From Promethearchaeota archaeon (GTDB lineage Archaea; Asgardarchaeota; Lokiarchaeia; Sigyniarchaeales; SOKP01): 61,097 nt of DNA. Each line of letters begins with the position of its first letter. Within the stretch, counting starts at the first letter, position 1. Below, in pieces: positions 55,272 to 61,097 of this stretch. The DNA lies in NCBI GenBank assembly GCA_004524535.1, contig SDNY01000004.1, positions 1 to 61,097 of the forward strand, written 5' to 3'. Both the position numbers and the translations under genes were made by a program. The notes under the pieces are model-generated. The model ran no database searches and was not told the DNA's origin. It was given only the letters and a program-made list of their open reading frames with translations.

Positions 55272-56510
55272 TTAATAAAATGCTAACGGGACTCCTTTAA
55301 GCTGTTCTACTGTAGTATATGAGTTTTTACCATTTGTTCTTAAATAATCCATGGCTTTTTCTATGCCTTCAATTGTAAACGGGTACGTTGGAATAATTTT
55401 TGAGATAACTAACCTCGTCCATGACATCCATTCAATAGTATTGGGTTCAGGATTTAACCATACAACATTATTTTTATAGTGTTGTGCAATTTCCTCTATG
55501 TAATAAATTCCAGGCTTTTTATTTGTGGCTCCGTCATATATGGCACCTCGAGGATTTTTTAATTCACTGCGATGCATACATTGGTCTCCAATAATAATTA
55601 TTCGATACGAGCTATTATATTTTCTTAAAAAATCGTCGAAATCAATTGCCCTTTTTGGGCTTCTTGCAGCATTTTCATATAATTTATCGTAAATACAATT
55701 ATGGAAATAGTAATACTTAAAATCTTTCCAATGCGACATATGATTCGCTGCAGAGAATAATAAATTAACTTGATGAATATAAGGGTCCATTGTACCTCCA
55801 ACATCCATCAGAAGTATTAGTTTCACATTGTTTTTCTTCCTTTTTTCGAAGAATAAATCAATATCTCCCCCATTCTTAGCCGTTAAATCAATAGTTTTAT
55901 CTAAATTTAATTCGTTGAGTTTGCCAATATCATCTAATCTTCGAAGGCGTTTTAAAGCCACTTTAATTTGCCTTGTCCCAATGATAATATCTTTTCTATA
56001 ATCCTTGAATATTCTTTTTTGAGCAATTAAAACTGCTCTACGCAAGCCAACTCCCCCTGCGACTTTTATTCCCATTGTATTTAGACCTGAATTTCCGAAC
56101 TGTGATTGTCCTTGAGTCCCAATCCATTTATTACCATAATCATGTCGTTCATTTTGTTCTTTTAATAATTGTTCAAACCTTCTTTCTAATTCTTCTAAAT
56201 TAACATTTTGAAATTCTCTGATACTAAATGGAAAATGTAATACTTCTATATTTTTCTGTAACCACTTCCAGATTTCTTGATTTATATCATCAGTAAGATT
56301 AATTGAAGCGTCTTTGAAAAAATTAGCAAAGGCAATATCGTAAAGATCAAAATGATGCTCGTTCTTACATAAGATACTTCGGGAGATGTAATAAAAATCC
56401 ATCATATTATAGATTAGCCCTTTATTTAATGCCTGCAGTAGAGTCATAAATTCCGTAATACTTACTGCAGGAAGTATTTGTTTTAGATAATAAAAATATT
56501 CTACAAACAT
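55272..56510 (-). CDS. CoxE-type VWA-domain protein
   Basis: High similarity to 53802-55220 along the full length. The VWA core is ILLMDVGGTM. It lies 15 nt downstream of the MoxR-like ATPase. Confidence 0.7.
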   Translation of the reverse strand: MFVEYFYYLKQILPAVSITEFMTLLQALNKGLIYNMMDFYYISRSILCKNEHHFDLYDIAFANFFKDASINLTDDINQEIWKWLQKNIEVLHFPFSIREFQNVNLEELERRFEQLLKEQNERHDYGNKWIGTQGQSQFGNSGLNTMGIKVAGGVGLRRAVLIAQKRIFKDYRKDIIIGTRQIKVALKRLRRLDDIGKLNELNLDKTIDLTAKNGGDIDLFFEKRKKNNVKLILLMDVGGTMDPYIHQVNLLFSAANHMSHWKDFKYYYFHNCIYDKLYENAARSPKRAIDFDDFLRKYNSSYRIIIIGDQCMHRSELKNPRGAIYDGATNKKPGIYYIEEIAQHYKNNVVWLNPEPNTIEWMSWTRLVISKIIPTYPFTIEGIEKAMDYLRTNGKNSYTTVEQLKGVPLAFY

Positions 56511-56525
56511 CCTAAGAAAAAATAA

Positions 56526-57380
56526 CTAGGTTGGAAATTGTGCTTTTGCCAATACAGCTTCAAGATCATTTTCTTTCTTTATAAGAGCTCCGAGGAAAGG
56601 TATTCCTTTCGTTAATTCATCAACTGAAATGCCACTTTTTAATAATACACCTATCCAATCCAAGAGCTCAGAAGTAGACGGCATTTTTCTGATTTTAGTT
56701 ATAGTCCTTAGCCAATAAAAATGCTTAAGACATTGATCAAGTAGATTCTTCTTTAAATTAGGATAATGTAAATTGCAAATTTCAGCCATAAATTCCTTAG
56801 AGGGAAATTCTATCCAATGAAATACACATCTCCTAAGAAATGCATCTGGGAGTTCCTTTTCATTGTTTGAGGTAATAATTACTATAGGGCGCGTTTTTGC
56901 TTTTATAAATTCTTTGATTTCCTTAATGTAAAACTCCATTACATCAAGCTCTTGTAATAAATCATTTGGAAATTCTATATCAGCTTTATCAATTTCGTCA
57001 ATAAGGAGAACTACTTGTTCCTCAGAATCAAATGCATCTCCTAACGGCCCTAGAGTTATATAATCTTTAATATTATTCACATCGCGATCGTCGCTTCCAA
57101 ATCTACTATCATTTAGTCTTTGTACAGTATCATACATATAGCAGCCATCAATTGCTTCGGTTGTGCTTTTTATATTCCAAATAATTAATCTCTTTCCAAG
57201 TGCTTCTGCGATCGCGTGGGACAATAATGTCTTTCCTGTACCTGGTTCTCCCTTCACTAATAATGGACGCTCTAAAGCAATTGAGACGTTTACAATATTT
57301 CTCAGCTGAGGATCTGCGATATATTGAACTCGTTCTGTGTTAACATTACCTTGAAACTGATTAAAACTAGTATTACTCAT
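56526..57380 (-). CDS. MoxR/CoxD-like AAA+ ATPase
   Basis: Walker A is VKGEPGTGKTLL and Walker B is VLLIDEIDKA, with the sensor region ITSNNEKELPDAFLRRC. The size of 284 aa fits. Confidence 0.85.
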   Translation of the reverse strand: MSNTSFNQFQGNVNTERVQYIADPQLRNIVNVSIALERPLLVKGEPGTGKTLLSHAIAEALGKRLIIWNIKSTTEAIDGCYMYDTVQRLNDSRFGSDDRDVNNIKDYITLGPLGDAFDSEEQVVLLIDEIDKADIEFPNDLLQELDVMEFYIKEIKEFIKAKTRPIVIITSNNEKELPDAFLRRCVFHWIEFPSKEFMAEICNLHYPNLKKNLLDQCLKHFYWLRTITKIRKMPSTSELLDWIGVLLKSGISVDELTKGIPFLGALIKKENDLEAVLAKAQFPT

Positions 57381-57446
57381 AATTAAATAGAATTAATTAG
57401 AAATTAAAAGATTATTGACTTTTCCAAAATAGAATTAATATTTAAT

Positions 57447-57737
57447 TCAATCTTCACTTTTTATCCTTCTTAATTCTATTTTAACTGCATTAAATTTATC
57501 CATACATTCAAGCTCAACTACATCTGGATTTTCAACCCACTTGGCAGGAAATCCCCCTCCGAATTGAAGCATGATAATATATGGGAAAATATCGTGATAA
57601 AAAAAACCACACAACCCTCCACTATCATATCCACTTATCTCTATTTTATCTCCTTTTTTGTGACCTGCATTACAAACTCCTTTTACATCCTTTATAGTCC
57701 CAACAATTCGATAACCAATTCTTGATTTTTCAGTCAT
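57447..57737 (-). CDS. TIGR04076-like small Cys-containing protein
   Basis: GVCNAGHKKGDKIEISG...GGLCGFFYHDIFPYIIMLQFGGGFP..W...PDVVELECMD..NAVKIELRRI follows the TIGR04076 pattern as recalled. Confidence 0.6.
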   Translation of the reverse strand: MTEKSRIGYRIVGTIKDVKGVCNAGHKKGDKIEISGYDSGGLCGFFYHDIFPYIIMLQFGGGFPAKWVENPDVVELECMDKFNAVKIELRRIKSED

Positions 57738-57881
57738 AATTCTCTACCTCCCAAGAAACTAATTTTATATAATTATATAATTTTATATTTTTTTATATGA
57801 TAAATTACGATAAAATTCCTTATTTTTGAAGATTATCATTCACAAATAAAAAAAAAAAAAATTTTTTAGGATTTATAATTT

Positions 57882-59060
57882 TCAATCTGCTTGTCCTAAA
57901 ATACTAGTACTACAGACACAAAATGCTCCGCCAAGATTATGAGCCAACCCAATTTTTGCGTCAGGAACTTGTCTGCCTTCCGCTCTTCCTTGAAGTTGTT
58001 TTGTTATTTCTTGAAGCATTCTACATCCTGTAGCGCCTATCGGATGTCCGAAGGATTTTAAACCACCAGATGGATTGACAGCAGTTTCACCATCCCAATT
58101 AAAAGTTCCATTTTTTAATTCTTCAGCTGCCATTCCCATCTCACAAAATTGTAAATCTTGGCAATTTAAAAGTTCAGTAATAGTGAAACAATCGTGAACT
58201 TCGGCACAATCGATTTGTTTTCTAGGATCTGTAATACCTGCCTCTTTATAAGCCATTTCCGCAGCTTTTACTGTTGCCGGAAAACTTGTGAAGGTGTGAT
58301 TTGGATTATACCAAGGAGTGTTTGTTTGACAAGATATCGCATTCGCTTTTACAACTATATAATCATCCTTGTGGGAAGAATAACTTGGAGCATCTTCTAC
58401 TCTTGTTAAAATTAAAGCTGCTGCTCCATCACTCATTGCACAACAATCAGATCTCCCTAATGGATCTGCGATCATTACATCATTCATTACTTTTTCAATT
58501 GTAGTTGGTCTTCGGAAATGTGCTTTTGGATGATGAGATCCATTTTCATGGTTTTTAACAGCAACCCGAGCTAAATCCTCCTTAGTCCACCCCCATTTGT
58601 GAAACGATCTTGTTGCTGCCAAGCTAAACATTGCTGGAGCAGAAGGTATAGGTAATGTTGGATGACCAAACAATTCAAAGCCAGGTAATCCACTAGAAGC
58701 CTCATCCATTAATTTTTCTACACCACATGCAAGAACCACATCATATGCATTACCAGCAAGAGCAAAACAAGCATTTCTGAAAGCATCCATTCCAGAAGCA
58801 CAGTAATTCTCCGTTCTAGTAACTGGTTTGCCATCCATTCTTAAAATATCTTCTACTACTGCCCCTGAAAGTCCTGTAAAGAAATAAAATATTCCAACCC
58901 AAGTCGCATCAATCTCATCCTTAGTTATTCCAGCATCATCTCTGGCACCTTTAACTGCTTCGTATAATAAATCATATTGATTTTTATCCCATATTTCACC
59001 AAATTTTGTTGCGTCACATCCTATTATCGCAATTTTATCTGCAATTCCTTTTCTAACCAT
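57882..59060 (-). CDS. SCP-x/archaeal-type thiolase
   Basis: The nucleophile motif is ENYCASGMDAF, with C-terminal GHPIGATG and NLGGAF. The ATG at 59060 is preceded by GGTGA at 6-nt spacing and lies 14 nt after the upstream stop. It is preferred over the ATG at 59108. Confidence 0.85.
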   Translation of the reverse strand: MVRKGIADKIAIIGCDATKFGEIWDKNQYDLLYEAVKGARDDAGITKDEIDATWVGIFYFFTGLSGAVVEDILRMDGKPVTRTENYCASGMDAFRNACFALAGNAYDVVLACGVEKLMDEASSGLPGFELFGHPTLPIPSAPAMFSLAATRSFHKWGWTKEDLARVAVKNHENGSHHPKAHFRRPTTIEKVMNDVMIADPLGRSDCCAMSDGAAALILTRVEDAPSYSSHKDDYIVVKANAISCQTNTPWYNPNHTFTSFPATVKAAEMAYKEAGITDPRKQIDCAEVHDCFTITELLNCQDLQFCEMGMAAEELKNGTFNWDGETAVNPSGGLKSFGHPIGATGCRMLQEITKQLQGRAEGRQVPDAKIGLAHNLGGAFCVCSTSILGQAD

Positions 59061-59074
59061 TTTTTTCACCTCTC

Positions 59075-60424
59075 TTATGGTCTCCCCCTTACAGGGCGAC
59101 ATTTCCAATAATAATTGCGGAATTCTCCGCCTTCATGCATTAATCGGAAAGTTAATTCAACCGGCATATCAATTTTGACATTTTCAGTTGGATTTTCAAT
59201 TTCAGTCATATCAAGCATTATACGCCCACCGCCTTCTAAGTCAATTATACATCTCGGTACAGGAGTATTTAAATAACTCCCTCCATATAAATGATCCAAA
59301 GTATAAGTAAAAACAGTCCCTTTTAAAGAGAGTTTTACAAATTCAAATTGATCGTCTGTTCTGCAATTATAGCAACCCTTAAACATCGCTGGATATTGAA
59401 TAGTTCCGCAATTTTTACATTTAATCCCATACATCTGATATAATGATTTAGTATCACGCCAGAGAGTAACAGCTGAACTCCTTCTTGAATATCTATGTCT
59501 ATCGATAAGTTTCTTATTTTCGATTAACGTATTATAATTTTTTAATTGCTCCATAGATTTTTGGTGTTTTAACAAGCCCATTCTTCCCTTATTTGAAGCT
59601 TTTAAAAGATCTTTATCTTTTACTTGTAATAAAATTGCATCAGCACCATCTCCATATCCTGCAAAAATTATTTTAGCCTCAGGTTTGGGTCTTCTTAAAG
59701 CAGACATCAATAACAAGAAAGCCATTGGAGTTCCAACACAACCTATTTGAAGAAATAATCCATTTTGAGCGACACCTTGAGGAAATTTCATCATTTTAGA
59801 AACCATCCCAAGTACCCTAGGATCATGATAATGGTACGCAGCACTAGCGATTTCTTCAGGTTTTAAATTATTTCTCTGTAAAAGTCCACTCATAGCTTTT
59901 GTTAAGCTTTCAAAATAGAATTTATTATCCATTTTATCTTGAAATGTCTTAATAAATTTATCTGTAGGTTTTTTCCAAGGACCAGTAACATTTGCCGAAA
60001 CTGAATAATAATCCTCAATTGAAATCGGTAATAAATCTTCTTCCGCAATAAGTAAAGCAGCAGCACCATCAGACAAACCATATTCCCAAAATGTACCTGG
60101 TTCAGGTTCTCTAGTATCCGCAGCGATAACAAGGATACTTTTAATATCCTTATTTGCTTTTATAGCTTCGACTGCCCTACATACAGCAGTGGTTCCTGCC
60201 TTTAAGGAATCTGTGAAATCTGCAGTGATAATCTCATCCCTTAAATCTAAAATGTTTGCTATAAATGCGGCTGAATTTTTTTCTGTATAAACTTGAGTGG
60301 TTGTCGCATAAAAAAGGCCATCAATTGTTTTAGGATCTATTCCAGTTATACAGTCAAGACCAGCTTCTACTCCCATTGTAATACTATCTTCGTCAGAATT
60401 AGCCAAAGCTTTAGTCCCTGGCAT
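59075..60424 (-). CDS. HMG-CoA-synthase-like domain fused to a DUF35 (Zn-ribbon + OB-fold) domain; largest intact ORF of an interrupted gene
   Basis: HMGCS-like motifs are DEDSITMG, ADFTDSLKAGT (Leu where archaeal HMGCS has the catalytic Cys), AADT...EYGLSDGAAA and YHYHDP. The C-terminal CKNCGTIQYP...CYNC plus OB-fold is DUF35. Confidence 0.8.
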   Translation of the reverse strand: MPGTKALANSDEDSITMGVEAGLDCITGIDPKTIDGLFYATTTQVYTEKNSAAFIANILDLRDEIITADFTDSLKAGTTAVCRAVEAIKANKDIKSILVIAADTREPEPGTFWEYGLSDGAAALLIAEEDLLPISIEDYYSVSANVTGPWKKPTDKFIKTFQDKMDNKFYFESLTKAMSGLLQRNNLKPEEIASAAYHYHDPRVLGMVSKMMKFPQGVAQNGLFLQIGCVGTPMAFLLLMSALRRPKPEAKIIFAGYGDGADAILLQVKDKDLLKASNKGRMGLLKHQKSMEQLKNYNTLIENKKLIDRHRYSRRSSAVTLWRDTKSLYQMYGIKCKNCGTIQYPAMFKGCYNCRTDDQFEFVKLSLKGTVFTYTLDHLYGGSYLNTPVPRCIIDLEGGGRIMLDMTEIENPTENVKIDMPVELTFRLMHEGGEFRNYYWKCRPVRGRP

Positions 60425-60541
60425 AGATGGAAAATCCCATGCTTTTTCCGCTTAATTTGAACTAAACTAAGCTTTAGCAACTAACTCCCGGGGCATTAAA
60501 TACTTTGGCAAATATGCACCAAACGTTTTTATTCCAATCAC
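60425..60541 (-). pseudogene. 5' segment of the HMGCS-like gene, separated from the main ORF by in-frame TAG and TAA
   Basis: From GTG at 60541 the same frame reads VIGIKTFGAYLPKYLMPRELVAKA*FSSN*AEKAWDFPS and runs into M(60424)PGTKA. VIGIKTFGAYLP is the conserved HMGCS/FabH N-terminal strand. Confidence 0.65.
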
Positions 60542-60759
60542 GTTTAAACTCAACCTCTTTTTTTATTTTTTTTTTTTTTTAATTTTAATTTTAATTTATA
60601 GTTTTGAAGAAGTAAAGATTAAAAATATTTATTTTGATTTTTAGGTGAAAAACAAGTATAAAATGTTTAAGAGTGAATAGAATAAATGCTAATGCTAATA
60701 AAGAAAAGAAATATCCTCTATGAATTAAATTCATATCAGACAATAAGATTTTTTTTTCA

Positions 60760-61050
60760 TTACCCGTAACCGCAAAAAATTAAAGCTTTCGCTAGAATGA
60801 GCCAATACCAGACTCCTATCATCTCTCTGAACCCTCATTACCCAATGCTGAAAAGATTCCTCTCTGAACAGAGAGGAGTTATTACAAGACCATTAGACGG
60901 CTTCTCCGGGTCTTGCCCAAGTTTAATCTGTAGACTTACCATTTAATGGCGGCCTAATTGTCCATGAGATGGGAGGGTTTCCACCTAGCCACCGTCCTGC
61001 CAAATTTCTTTTCAGGTATCATCCACACGCGGGGAGTACCAAAATTATGT
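60760..61050. ncRNA. unassigned G+C-elevated non-coding block; candidate structured RNA or decayed gene remnant
   Basis: There is no ORF of 60 aa or more here. Two sampled 60-nt lines give 45% and 50% G+C, against about 30% in the surroundings. Strong local hairpins are present, for example CCTCTCTG-AA-CAGAGAGG at about 60859-60876. A long-range pairing exists: on the minus strand, GGTGGCT (60987-60993) can pair with GGCCGCC (60948-60954) through G:C and G:U pairs. I could not match the block to RNase P, SRP, 5S or tRNA. Confidence 0.25.
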
Positions 61051-61097
61051 TTTGACTTGAATGGTTTGTAATAACAATATAACTATTGGTTAGCCTC

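Noticed and set aside
60441-60470. The 30-nt stop-containing insertion as an archaeal bulge-helix-bulge (BHB) mini-intron.
   Set aside because: I tried to place two 3-nt bulges separated by a 4-bp helix around the possible junctions. The only 4-bp candidate (GCUU/AAGC) leaves flanking helices that do not pair, and it competes with the internal 6-bp hairpin. No convincing BHB exists. RNA-level removal remains only an untested possibility.
60760-61050. Identification of the G+C-rich block as RNase P RNA, SRP RNA, 5S rRNA or a tRNA.
   Set aside because: No GGAAAGUCC-type CR-I box and no ACAGAA…GGCUUA CR-IV/V spacing was found, which argues against RNase P. No GGAA-tetraloop/AGCA helix-8 motif was found, which argues against SRP. 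The minus strand at 60895-61000 has faint 5S-like strings (GGCUAGGUGG…CCCAUCUCAUGGAC…AAUUAGGCC…AUGGUAAGU). However, it is about 15-20 nt too short, and helix I and helix II would compete for the same G residues. No T-arm or anticodon-arm pattern for a tRNA was seen.
1-61097. CRISPR arrays, transposases/IS elements, integrases and prophage blocks.
   Set aside because: I saw no regularly spaced 25-40-bp repeats anywhere. I found no DDE, HUH, serine or tyrosine recombinase motifs in any ORF. The only tandem repeats are the 21-bp (20749-20790) and 27-bp (35778-35876) ones.

Overview
This is an AT-rich (about 30% G+C by eye), densely coding segment with roughly 58 protein genes on both strands. 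I recognised no tRNA, rRNA, CRISPR array or intact transposase.

The gene content looks archaeal:
- MetRS with a Trbp111-like tail
- archaeal-type PPAT
- a formylmethanofuran dehydrogenase B/D/A cluster
- an SCP-x-type thiolase next to an HMG-CoA-synthase-like/DUF35 gene
- Shine-Dalgarno-like GGTG/GAGG motifs ahead of internal operon genes

It most resembles an Asgard (Loki-like) archaeon, because it also carries many eukaryote-like signature genes:
- a Rab/Ras-like small GTPase
- two roadblock/LC7 genes
- two longin/roadblock-like paralogs
- a eukaryote-style LRR protein
- a vWA protein with two PHD/RING-like cross-brace zinc fingers
- a membrane protein with the same finger module
- a ScpA-like kleisin

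Metabolic blocks:
- an acyl-CoA dehydrogenase / crotonase / thiolase cluster
- a second acyl-CoA dehydrogenase fused to a winged-helix tail
- a glycyl radical enzyme with no activase in the window
- a B12-radical SAM enzyme
- a MoxR ATPase with two CoxE-type VWA genes

Three toxin-antitoxin-like loci are present: MazEF-like (toxin broken), PIN plus small paralogs, and VapBC.

Most unusual observations:
- A stand-alone, split copy of the six-TM / three-LbH membrane module otherwise known as the C-terminal half of Pls-type NRPS.
- A divergent RtcB-like protein.
- An HMGCS-like/DUF35 fusion that has lost the catalytic Cys and is interrupted by a 30-nt insertion carrying two stop codons.
- A G+C-rich, probably foreign tandem-domain gene.
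- A G+C-elevated non-coding block at the 3' end of the window.

All functional calls come from motif reading by eye. No database search was run.
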